Shown here: one piece after another, positions 1 to 8,688 of the stretch
How positions within the stretch are numbered: position 1 is the stretch's first letter
How the letters are laid out: every line of letters begins with the position of its first letter
Origin: Candidatus Woesearchaeota archaeon
GTDB lineage: Archaea; Nanobdellota; Nanobdellia; SCGC-AAA011-G17; PNOQ01
Direction: 5' to 3'
Assembly: GCA_043812195.1 (NCBI GenBank)
Contig: JBDRML010000029.1
Coordinates: 14,212-78,211 of the forward strand
Length of the DNA: 64,000 bases
Program-made: the position numbers and the translations under genes
The notes under the pieces: generated by a model
What the model was told of the DNA's origin: nothing
Database searches by the model: none
What the model saw: only the letters and a program-made list of their open reading frames with translations

Positions 1-599
1 ATAGAGAAGAAAATAAACTAATATCCTTAAGATTAGGATTATTTAATTTAGATGGTAGATTAACAAAAATCATACCATTGAGAGGAAAATACATACCAAA
101 ATCCAACGATATGGTTATTGGTAGAATAAAAGACGTAGGAATATCAAATTGGAGAATAAATATAGGTTGGGCATTCGATGCTACTTTATTTCTAAAAGAA
201 GGAAGTAAAGATTACATTCCAAATGGAGCAGATCTAGGAAAATATTATGACATAGGAGAAGTAATAGTTGCAAAAATAACAAATGTTTTCAGCTCAAAGG
301 CAATAGACTTGTCAATGAAAGCTCCAGGTTGTAGAAAATTAACAGGTGGAAGAGTAATAGAAGTCGAACCTTCAAAAGTTCCAAGAATTATTGGAAAACA
401 AGGAAGTATGATATCAATGATTAAAGACGCAACAGAATGTTATATTACTGTAGGCCAAAATGGTTTAGTTTGGATTTCAGGACCAAGTTTTGAAAAAGAA
501 AAACTAGCCACAGATGCAATCAAAAAGGTTGAACAATTGGCACATTCAGAAGGATTAACAGACAAGATTAGCGAATTCCTAAAGGAGAATAAAAAATGA
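1..599 (+). CDS. rrp4: Exosome RNA-binding subunit Rrp4 (S1 + KH domains), 5'-partial at window edge
   Basis: The frame is open from nt 3 with no stop before the listed ORF at 78. S1-like GDxVIGRI and KH-like IIGKQGSMI motifs are present. It is followed by rrp41 and rrp42 with 4-nt overlaps. Confidence 0.85.
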   Translation, partial: REENKLISLRLGLFNLDGRLTKIIPLRGKYIPKSNDMVIGRIKDVGISNWRINIGWAFDATLFLKEGSKDYIPNGADLGKYYDIGEVIVAKITNVFSSKAIDLSMKAPGCRKLTGGRVIEVEPSKVPRIIGKQGSMISMIKDATECYITVGQNGLVWISGPSFEKEKLATDAIKKVEQLAHSEGLTDKISEFLKENKK

Positions 600-1300
600 C
601 ATACGCAAAAAGATTTGACGGAAGAAAACCTGATCAAATAAGAGAAATGGAAGCTAAAATTGGAATAATTAAAAGAGCAGATGGAAGCGCAATGTTTAGA
701 ATGGGAAAAACAATAGCAATTGCAGCTGTTTATGGACCAAGAGAATTGTTTCCAGCATTCTTACAAGAACCAGCAAGAGGAAGATTAAAAGTTATTTATG
801 ACTTATTAAGTTTTTCAGTTACTGAAAGAAAAAAACCTGGTCCTTCAAGAAGAAGTACTGAAGTGTCTATGGTTACAGAAAACTCACTTGAACCAGCTTT
901 GAATCTAACCAAATTCGGATATACAGGATTAGATATTTATATTTATATAACACAAGCAGATGCTGGGACAAGATGTGCAGGTATAAATGCAGCTACATTA
1001 GCATTAGTAGATGCTGGAATTCCAATGAAAGATTTAGTAGCAGCAGTAGCAGTAGGAAAGGTTTCTGATAAAATAGTTGTAGACCTTAATAAAGAAGAAG
1101 AAGATCATCCTGATGGTGCTACAGATATGCCAGTTGCTATGATGCCAAGAACAGGAAAAATAACTTTATTACAATTAGATGGAAGTATGACCAAAGACGA
1201 AATAAAACAAGCACTTGAAATGGCAAAAAAAGCTTGTCAAGAAATAAATAAGGTACAAATAAAAGCACTTAAAGAAAAGTATATGGAGGCAGAAAAATGA
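596..1300 (+). CDS. rrp41: Exosome RNase PH subunit Rrp41
   Basis: DGRKPDQIREM...ADGSAMF..GKT is a typical RNase PH N-terminus. The start overlaps the rrp4 stop (ATGA). Confidence 0.9.
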   Translation: MTYAKRFDGRKPDQIREMEAKIGIIKRADGSAMFRMGKTIAIAAVYGPRELFPAFLQEPARGRLKVIYDLLSFSVTERKKPGPSRRSTEVSMVTENSLEPALNLTKFGYTGLDIYIYITQADAGTRCAGINAATLALVDAGIPMKDLVAAVAVGKVSDKIVVDLNKEEEDHPDGATDMPVAMMPRTGKITLLQLDGSMTKDEIKQALEMAKKACQEINKVQIKALKEKYMEAEK

Positions 1301-2064
1301 ATGACTACATAAAATCAATATTAGAAAAAGGCCTCAGATTAGACGGAAGAAAACTAGATGAAATAAGAAAACCTATTACAGTAGAATTAGGAGTTTCTGA
1401 TAAAGCTGAAGGTTCAGCTAGAGTTAAGATAGGAGATACAGAAGTTATAGCTGGTATTAAAATGGATGTTGGTAAACCATATACAGACAGTCCAGACAAA
1501 GGAGTTTTAATAACAACTGCAGAGCTTCTACCTTTATCATCTCCAGATTTCTTTCCTGGACCACCTGATCAAAGAGCAATTGAATTAGCTAGAGTAATAG
1601 ACAGAGGGATAAGAGAATCCAAAATGATAGATTTCAAAAAACTTTGTATTAAAGAAGGAGAATTAGTATGGATAATATTTTTAGATATCTATACAATAAA
1701 TAATGCAGGAAATCTATTAGATGCCTCAGCTTTAGCAGCAATAGCAGCACTAAAGTCAGCTGTCTTACCGAAACTAGAAGAAAACAAAGTAAAGTTCGGA
1801 GAATTCACCAAGAAATCGTTGCCTTTAACAGAAATTCCATTAACAACAACAGTTACAAAAATAGGAAACAATTTAATTGTAGATTCCAGCTTAGAAGAAG
1901 AACAAGCAATGGAAGCAAGATTATCAATAGGAATATCTGAGAAAGGGAATATTCATGCACTACAGAAAGGTGGAGAGACAGGAATGACAGTAGAAGAAAT
2001 AGACAAAGCAATTGAAATGGCAACAAAAGCATTTAAAACCTTAAATCAGGCTTTACCAAAATGA
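1297..2064 (+). CDS. rrp42: Exosome subunit Rrp42 (RNase PH-like, non-catalytic)
   Basis: LRLDGRKLDEIRKP...AEGSARVKIGDTEV. It occupies the operon position after rrp41 with an overlapping start. Confidence 0.9.
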   Translation: MNDYIKSILEKGLRLDGRKLDEIRKPITVELGVSDKAEGSARVKIGDTEVIAGIKMDVGKPYTDSPDKGVLITTAELLPLSSPDFFPGPPDQRAIELARVIDRGIRESKMIDFKKLCIKEGELVWIIFLDIYTINNAGNLLDASALAAIAALKSAVLPKLEENKVKFGEFTKKSLPLTEIPLTTTVTKIGNNLIVDSSLEEEQAMEARLSIGISEKGNIHALQKGGETGMTVEEIDKAIEMATKAFKTLNQALPK

Positions 2065-2252
2065 AAATAACAAAATATGAAAAAGCAAGATTAGTAGGAG
2101 CAAGAGCTCTTCAATTAGCAATGGGTGCACCAATTTTACTAAAGTTATCTAAAGAAGATTTTGAAAAATTAAGTTACGACCCAATAAAAATTGCAGAAAA
2201 AGAAATGACAGAAGAAGTGCTCCCAATAACAATTAAAAGGCCTATGCCTTAA
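2061..2252 (+). CDS. rpoK: RNA polymerase subunit K (Rpo6/omega-like)
   Basis: TKYEKARLVGARALQLAMGAPILL is the conserved Rpo6 core. The protein is 63 aa. Confidence 0.8.
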   Translation: MKITKYEKARLVGARALQLAMGAPILLKLSKEDFEKLSYDPIKIAEKEMTEEVLPITIKRPMP

Positions 2253-2262
2253 TTTTTTCTTT

Positions 2263-3213
2263 TTAAATTATTTTTAATAAACTATCTTCAATTGATTTTT
2301 TAACTGAATTTATTGTTTTAATTCTTTCATCAGAAAATTCATCTATACATTCATTATTATCAAAAGTTTCAACTGCAATGCCTACTTTATTATTTTTAGA
2401 AATCAAATAAGGTTGAATCGGATTTCTGCAAAGTTTTTCTAAAACTTTACATCCACAGCGATTTTCTAAAGAACAATATTCTTTTACTTTCAATAAAATA
2501 ATTGGAATATCTGAATCTGTAGAGATTATAGCAGTATTTTTATTATCAACTATTGACAAATAAAGTGCACTAGCAACTAATTGTTCATCAGTAAAAAATT
2601 TGCCCATCTCTCCATATACAGAAAAAGACTCTCTTTTAATTCCAGAATTATTAACAACATTCATTACCATTTTCTCAATTTCATTATATTTATTCCTATC
2701 ATCTGGATTAAAAATTTTTTTTAAAGCATCCTTATGGAATTTATGTAAAGAAAAGCAAACATCAGCTAAAGAATTTGCTTTTAATGCAGTATAAAAATCA
2801 TAATCATCTTGTCTCATTTTATCTTTTCTAGATCGTAATTTTTCTCTCTGGCGTAACCAGGAAAGCTTGTCTTTTGCAATTTTACCATGATTAGCAATTT
2901 CATAAGCAACTCCCTCAGTTGTAACAATTTTAGGATTTAAAAATAACCTTTTAGCAGTTTCAACATTTTCACAGACTTCTGATAATAGATTACTATCTAA
3001 TTGAGAAAAATATTTTGCATAAAAAACATGGTCTTCATACCAAGAATGAGTATTTCTAGAAGTAGTTACACCCGTATCCAATAAAACAATATCATGTTTC
3101 TCCAAAATTTCATCTATGCAATAATTTCCACAAGATTCTATATGTATTCTCATCAAACAAGCAGATATAAGAAGATATTTAAAAATTGCTATTTCTAAAG
3201 TTTTAAATAACAA
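2263..3213 (-). CDS. Hypothetical protein, possibly a PIN-like nuclease fold with a large insertion
   Basis: IVLLDTGV lies near the N-terminus and AIISTDSDI near the C-terminus, resembling PIN acidic motifs. The true start may be the internal Met at 3153 (MRIHIES). Confidence 0.4.
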   Translation of the reverse strand: MLFKTLEIAIFKYLLISACLMRIHIESCGNYCIDEILEKHDIVLLDTGVTTSRNTHSWYEDHVFYAKYFSQLDSNLLSEVCENVETAKRLFLNPKIVTTEGVAYEIANHGKIAKDKLSWLRQREKLRSRKDKMRQDDYDFYTALKANSLADVCFSLHKFHKDALKKIFNPDDRNKYNEIEKMVMNVVNNSGIKRESFSVYGEMGKFFTDEQLVASALYLSIVDNKNTAIISTDSDIPIILLKVKEYCSLENRCGCKVLEKLCRNPIQPYLISKNNKVGIAVETFDNNECIDEFSDERIKTINSVKKSIEDSLLKII

Positions 3214-3247
3214 AATTTATATAATCGTAAAAAGATAGCATAAATCA

Positions 3248-4444
3248 ATGATAATTAAAAAAATCAAAGCCAATAAAATAAAAAATTCTAGGGGCGAAGA
3301 TGCAATAAAAGTAGAAATCAAATCAGATAAGACAAAGGCAGAGGCATCAGCGCCAAGTGGAGCAAGCACAGGAAAGCACGAAATTAAAGCTTTTACGTCT
3401 ACTCCAAAAGAAGCAGCAGACCAAATAAACAAAAATAAAAAATTAATAGGACTAGAAATAAATTCTTACCAAGATCTTAAAAAAATAGAAGATGAATTAT
3501 CTTATTTAGGTGGAAACTCTGTAATAGCAACAGAATATGCAGCTTTAAAATGTATAGGGCCTATCTGGGAACAAATTAATCCAAATACAAGAAAATTACC
3601 AAAACCATTAGGAAATGTAATTGGTGGTGGAAGACATTTCAAAGGAAACTGCACAGAATTTCAAGAATTCTTACTATTGCCCTTCACAAGCAAAAAACTA
3701 GATGATTCAATATTAGCAAATAACAAAATACATGAATTAGTAAAAAAGAATTTGAAAAAAGTAGACCATAACTTCGATGACCAAATGAATGACGAAGGAG
3801 GATGGGTAACATCATTAACTAATGAAGATACTCTTAAATTCCTAAAAGAAACAATAAAAGATGCAGACTTAAAAGTAAAAGTTAAATTAGGAGTAGATGT
3901 TGCAGCTTCATCTTTCTGGAACGGCAAGTATTATATCTACAAAGATAAAAAATTAACACAAGAAGAACAAATAGAATTCATCTCAGAATTAATTGAAAAA
4001 TATGATTTGCAATATGTAGAAGATCCTTTACATGAAGAAGACTTTGAAGGTTTTTCAAAATTAACTGAACGATTTAGAAATAAATGTATGATTGTAGGAG
4101 ATGACTTAACCACAACAAATGTAGAAAGACTAAAAAAAGCTATAAAATTAAAATCAATAAATGCAGTTATAATAAAACCAAATCAAATAGGTTCTTTAAT
4201 AAAAACAAGAGAAGTCATAAACTTAGCAAAAGAAAACAAAATAACATGTATAATGTCTCATAGATCAGGGGAAACTCTAGACGCTTCAATATCACAATTA
4301 GCAACTGGATTTGAAATTCCAATAATCAAATGTGGCATTTATGGTAAAGAAAGAGTAGCAAAATTAAAAGAACTCAAAAAAATAGAGCAAGAAATGAAAT
4401 TAAAGAATATAAAAAAAATAAATCAGCGAAATATTTATATATAA
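3248..4444 (+). CDS. eno: Enolase-family protein (short, 398 aa)
   Basis: NSRGEDAIKVE...APSGASTGKHE at the N-terminus and SHRSGETLDASISQLA near the C-terminus. Confidence 0.8.
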   Translation: MIIKKIKANKIKNSRGEDAIKVEIKSDKTKAEASAPSGASTGKHEIKAFTSTPKEAADQINKNKKLIGLEINSYQDLKKIEDELSYLGGNSVIATEYAALKCIGPIWEQINPNTRKLPKPLGNVIGGGRHFKGNCTEFQEFLLLPFTSKKLDDSILANNKIHELVKKNLKKVDHNFDDQMNDEGGWVTSLTNEDTLKFLKETIKDADLKVKVKLGVDVAASSFWNGKYYIYKDKKLTQEEQIEFISELIEKYDLQYVEDPLHEEDFEGFSKLTERFRNKCMIVGDDLTTTNVERLKKAIKLKSINAVIIKPNQIGSLIKTREVINLAKENKITCIMSHRSGETLDASISQLATGFEIPIIKCGIYGKERVAKLKELKKIEQEMKLKNIKKINQRNIYI

Positions 4445-4474
4445 TATTAATTTATCCAAAAGATACAATGTAAA

Positions 4475-4813
4475 ATGACACAATATAGTTTACAGGGTAA
4501 TGTAATTGTAGAAGACACAAAAAATTTACCAAAAATAGGTAATCTTTTATTTGATGATTTAGGAAAAGAAGTTATTGCTAAATTTAATAAGAGATTTGAA
4601 GGTGTTGATGGAATAGAATACACACAAAAATACGAGACAAATGAACCAGTTTCTTATTCAAATATACCAAGAGATCAATCTGGTCTCAGGTGGCTTTACC
4701 GGGATAGGGATATCGGCCTGAGTGCCAGGGGAGACTATTTGCTGAATGCCAACGATACTTGTCGGGTGCAAATTTATCCGGACCAAAAGGGTCTTGCGCA
4801 AAAATTGGAGTGA
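4475..4813 (+). CDS. Small hypothetical protein (112 aa), first gene of the radical SAM operon
   Basis: ATG start. The stop lies 2 nt before the next gene's ATG. The 3' third is conspicuously GC-rich relative to its surroundings. No family was recognised. Confidence 0.5.
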   Translation: MTQYSLQGNVIVEDTKNLPKIGNLLFDDLGKEVIAKFNKRFEGVDGIEYTQKYETNEPVSYSNIPRDQSGLRWLYRDRDIGLSARGDYLLNANDTCRVQIYPDQKGLAQKLE

Positions 4814-4815
4814 AT

Positions 4816-5919
4816 ATGTTAAAAAAAATAGAGCGTGCAAAAATAGAATTGATGACTTATGGAATGAATGTTTCTGAAACTGCAAGAAGATCCATAAGTG
4901 GTGACGAAGGAAGACCATTAACATTGGCAGATTATGCATCAACATCTGGTATCTCTATGGTTTTGGGAGATAATATTTGGGTGAATGCACCAATTAGAGA
5001 TTATAACCCAAACTTTGTAAATGAAACATATTATACTCTTGATTTCAGAGATGAAGGATTTTTTGTTGATTCTGATGGTATACAGTTCAAAACAATACCT
5101 GTTCCTGTGCCTGCTTATCATAAGGAAAAAGCACCTAGTGGTGATCCCTATATTTATCTTGCAATTACCCATACTGATAGAGTAAGAATTTCTCCTATTG
5201 GTGGATGTGCAATAGCTTGTCATTTTTGTGATATGTCTTATACATCTAAATATAGAAAAAAAGATATTGAAGATTTAGTTGACTCTGTAAGAGTTGCTTT
5301 GGAAGACCCAATTCAAGAAGCACACCATGTTCTTATTTCTGGAGGAACTCCAAAACCAAAAGATTATGAATACGAGCGAGAAGTTTATAGGGCTGTCGCT
5401 TCAGTATTTCCAGAAATTGATGTAGATGTCATGATGGTTCCTATGCCAGGATTACTAGATGCACAAGAGTTAAAAGAGATAGGTATACATGGGTTATCAA
5501 TAAATCTTGAGTTATACAATCAAGATATGGCCAAAAAAATCATGAAAGGTAAATGGAAGGCTTCAAGACAAATGTATTTAGATTTTATTGAAGATTCTAT
5601 TCCTATTTTTGGAGTGGGAAATGTTCGTTCTTTATTAATGGTTGGTATAGAACCACTAGAAGATACTTTAAGAGGAGTAGAAGCTTTAGCAGAAAGAGGT
5701 TGTGATCCTGTATTGAGTCCTTTTAGGCCAGACCAGTCTACTCCAATGATGAGTGAAAAACCACCTAGTGTTAATTTTTTAATAGAAACATACGAGAGAG
5801 CTAGAGAAATTGTTGAGAAATTTGAAGGAGTAAAACTTGGACCAAGATGTATTCCTTGCCATCACAATACACTTACCTTTCCAGATGACTCTGGTCTTTA
5901 CTACAACTCAGGAGAATAA
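4816..5919 (+). CDS. Radical SAM enzyme
   Basis: CAIACHFC is a CxxxCxxC cluster motif and ISGGTP is GGE-like. I place the start at ATG 4816, preceded by GGAG, rather than the track's 4759, which overlaps the upstream gene. Confidence 0.8.
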   Translation: MLKKIERAKIELMTYGMNVSETARRSISGDEGRPLTLADYASTSGISMVLGDNIWVNAPIRDYNPNFVNETYYTLDFRDEGFFVDSDGIQFKTIPVPVPAYHKEKAPSGDPYIYLAITHTDRVRISPIGGCAIACHFCDMSYTSKYRKKDIEDLVDSVRVALEDPIQEAHHVLISGGTPKPKDYEYEREVYRAVASVFPEIDVDVMMVPMPGLLDAQELKEIGIHGLSINLELYNQDMAKKIMKGKWKASRQMYLDFIEDSIPIFGVGNVRSLLMVGIEPLEDTLRGVEALAERGCDPVLSPFRPDQSTPMMSEKPPSVNFLIETYERAREIVEKFEGVKLGPRCIPCHHNTLTFPDDSGLYYNSGE

Positions 5920-5920
5920 T

Positions 5921-6814
5921 ATGAATAATTTAATAGGAATTGAACAATTAAATAAGGAAGAGATTATCGAATTATTGGAATTAACTAAGGATATTGAAGA
6001 CAATCCAAAAAAATATTTGAAAAAACTGGAAGACAAAAGTTTAGCAACACTTTTTTTTCAAGATTCAACAAGAACAAGATTAAGTTCATCTTTGGCTATG
6101 CAAAAATTAGGGGGGAAGGTTATAGAATTAGATAAAGCAAAATTTAATGAAGAAATGGGTGAGGAAGAAAGTTTTGAAGATATTATAAAAGTTGTTGGAG
6201 ATTATGTAGACATAATATGTTTGAGACACAGCGATGAAAAATCACCAAATCATGCAGGAAGCTTAACAAAAGCAAAGATTATTAATTGTGGAAATGGAAG
6301 AGATCAACATCCCACCCAAGCACTCTTAGATTTATATACAATTTGGAAAGAATTCAAAAGATTGCATAATCTAAATATTGTGATAGTTGGAGATTTAAAA
6401 CATTCGCGATCTGCACACTCCTTATTTATTGCCTTGTCATTTTTTGAAAAGAATAAAATTAAACTAATTTCTCCAAATATTTTCAAAATGCCAAAAAGAT
6501 ATTTTAGTTTAATTAGAAATGAAATAGATATAAACAAAACTGAAAAATTTGAATTAGAAAATGAAGATATTATTTACATGGCCGGATTTCCTATAGTAGA
6601 GAAATATGATAATTATTTTTTATACGATCTTTCGATAGACAAAGTTAAAAATTTAAAAGAAACTTCAATAATCATGTGTCCTTTGCCACGAATAGGTGAA
6701 ATTAAAAAAGAAGTAGATGCATTACCGCAGGCAAGATATTTTCAACAAAGTAAAAATGGAATTTTTGTCAGAATGGCTATCTTTATAAAATTATTAGAGG
6801 GATTAAATGAATGA
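5921..6814 (+). CDS. Aspartate/ornithine carbamoyltransferase-family protein (PyrB-like, with a divergent acceptor-site motif)
   Basis: STRTR, RH, HPTQ, GDLKHSRSAHS and CPLPR motifs are present. The ATCase MTRVQKER segment is replaced by MAGFPIVEK. Start at ATG 5921, 1 nt after the upstream stop. Confidence 0.8.
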   Translation: MNNLIGIEQLNKEEIIELLELTKDIEDNPKKYLKKLEDKSLATLFFQDSTRTRLSSSLAMQKLGGKVIELDKAKFNEEMGEEESFEDIIKVVGDYVDIICLRHSDEKSPNHAGSLTKAKIINCGNGRDQHPTQALLDLYTIWKEFKRLHNLNIVIVGDLKHSRSAHSLFIALSFFEKNKIKLISPNIFKMPKRYFSLIRNEIDINKTEKFELENEDIIYMAGFPIVEKYDNYFLYDLSIDKVKNLKETSIIMCPLPRIGEIKKEVDALPQARYFQQSKNGIFVRMAIFIKLLEGLNE

Positions 6815-7979
6815 TAAAGAACTAATCACTGATGGAAAAAAAGTATTATCTAAAGTTATGAGGATACTTAGAAAAGACTCATTGAAAAACCTTGAACCCA
6901 AGTCAGGATACTTTATGATTCCCTCAGATGTTGGAGGACCTGAACAACCTTTATTTTGGATTCCAACACAGGGATGTTCCTATGCTAAATCAGATTCTGG
7001 TGGATGTACTATGTGTAATTTTGGGGGATCTCTTGAACGTTTTACAGATGAATTTTTGTTAGAGCAATTTATTGATATGCTTGAAAATCCTATTATAAAA
7101 AGTTCTACTGTCTTAAATTATGGGGGACAGGGATCTTTTTTTGATGAAAAAGAGCATTCTAGATGGTTAAGAGAAAAAATATTAGAAGAAGTCGCTAAAA
7201 GGGATTGGGTAAATGTTTTTGTCTGTGAATCCAGACCTGAATATGCGACAAGAGATAAAATAAGGCATATGAGGGAAGTTTTAGAAGATAAAATAATCGA
7301 AGTTGGAGTAGGAGTCGAAAGTACAAACCAATTGGTAAGAGAAGGAATAATCAACAAAAATTTTAATGAGAATACCTACAATAGTCTTTTAGATTATGCA
7401 AGAGGATATGATATAGAGGTTTCACTAAATGTGATGTTTAAACCAAATCTTTTAACTGAATCAGAAGCAATAAGTGATAGCGTAAATACTATAAGACAAC
7501 TTCTTGAAGGAGTTTCTGAAGATGATCCGATTAAAAGAATTGTTTTAATGATGATCAACATTAAGCCAGGCACTTTAGTTGAATGGGCTTATAGAAAAGG
7601 ATATTACGAATCCCCATTGCTTTGGTCTGGCATAGAAGTATTAAGTAGGTTGACACAAAGAGAAAGAGAATTTGTTAAGGTTCTCGGTTTTGATACAGGT
7701 GTTAGTCCTTTAGGTTATATAAGTAATAATGATAAGACAACAGAAGAAGTCAGAGAAGCATTAAAAGATTTTAGTAGGAATCATGAAATTAAACCATTGC
7801 TAAAATTAAGGGAAATATATGGGGACTCTCCATCTTATCTTTTGTGGGAGAACAAAATGAGTCGACCTCAATTTAATGGAGAATTCCCTGGCCAAGAGAT
7901 GGAACCTTTGAAAAGAAGACTAGTCAATTTTTATCGTCTTCTAGAAAAAGAATTTAACTTAAAACCTTATATATTCTAA
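6807..7979 (+). CDS. Radical SAM-like Fe-S protein with Cx10CxxC spacing (COG1244/TIGR01210-like, the class containing RaSEA; assigned from memory)
   Basis: The motif is QGCSYAKSDSGGCTMCNFG. The start overlaps the upstream stop by 8 nt. Confidence 0.6.
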   Translation: MNDKELITDGKKVLSKVMRILRKDSLKNLEPKSGYFMIPSDVGGPEQPLFWIPTQGCSYAKSDSGGCTMCNFGGSLERFTDEFLLEQFIDMLENPIIKSSTVLNYGGQGSFFDEKEHSRWLREKILEEVAKRDWVNVFVCESRPEYATRDKIRHMREVLEDKIIEVGVGVESTNQLVREGIINKNFNENTYNSLLDYARGYDIEVSLNVMFKPNLLTESEAISDSVNTIRQLLEGVSEDDPIKRIVLMMINIKPGTLVEWAYRKGYYESPLLWSGIEVLSRLTQREREFVKVLGFDTGVSPLGYISNNDKTTEEVREALKDFSRNHEIKPLLKLREIYGDSPSYLLWENKMSRPQFNGEFPGQEMEPLKRRLVNFYRLLEKEFNLKPYIF

Positions 7980-8002
7980 TTTTATTGTAATATTTAGTTT
8001 AC

Positions 8003-8641
8003 TTAAGAAGAGGATAATATTTCAAACTTTTTCTTCCTTTTTTTAGGTTTGGGGTCTTCGTTCGGAAATCCTATACATACTGTAGTAAAATAATCTCTAT
8101 CCGGCTGATTATAAATTTTTTTTATTGTTTCTGAGATACAGGTTGGATCAATACACCAAAACCCTCCCAAACCAAATGAGTGAGAAGCTAGGAGCATGTT
8201 TTCAACGCAGGCTGATAAGCTAGCAATTTCAACGCTATAAGATACTATATGTCTTCTATGTTCCTGATTAGCATGAAGTTCACTTATTAAATCAATCCCA
8301 CCTGAAAATGGATGATCTGAAAAAACTTGTATTGCTAAAGGTGCTTCTCTCATACCACTAGAAGAAATTAACCTTGAATTATTTGTTCCATTAAAAAGGC
8401 CTTTTGTTGGGTGAAGTGGATTCCAATCAGAAGGATCTTCATGTTCTTCCATCGCACTGGCAACAAGATTTTTTCTATTGGTAGTATCTGCAATAATATA
8501 CCAGGGTTGAATATGTTTTGAAGAGGGTGCATGAATCCCTGCATAAAGTATTTTTTCAATATACTCTATTGGAATCGGCTCATTAGTAAATCTTCTAATA
8601 CTTCTGCGAGTAACCAAACATTCATATGCATCCATTTTCAT
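8003..8641 (-). CDS. Nitroreductase-family flavoprotein
   Basis: The N-terminal RRSIRRFTNEPIP is the nitroreductase signature. The protein is 212 aa. Confidence 0.75.
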   Translation of the reverse strand: MKMDAYECLVTRRSIRRFTNEPIPIEYIEKILYAGIHAPSSKHIQPWYIIADTTNRKNLVASAMEEHEDPSDWNPLHPTKGLFNGTNNSRLISSSGMREAPLAIQVFSDHPFSGGIDLISELHANQEHRRHIVSYSVEIASLSACVENMLLASHSFGLGGFWCIDPTCISETIKKIYNQPDRDYFTTVCIGFPNEDPKPKKRKKKFEILSSS

Positions 8642-8688
8642 AGGTAAAACTAGTTAATTTAAGTATTTTTCTATCACAAAATACTATT

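Noticed and set aside
4759-4815. 5' extensions of the radical SAM (4759) and carbamoyltransferase (5837..5920) ORFs
   Set aside because: They overlap the preceding genes in another frame. ATG codons with GGAG sites sit directly after the upstream stops, at 4816 and 5921.
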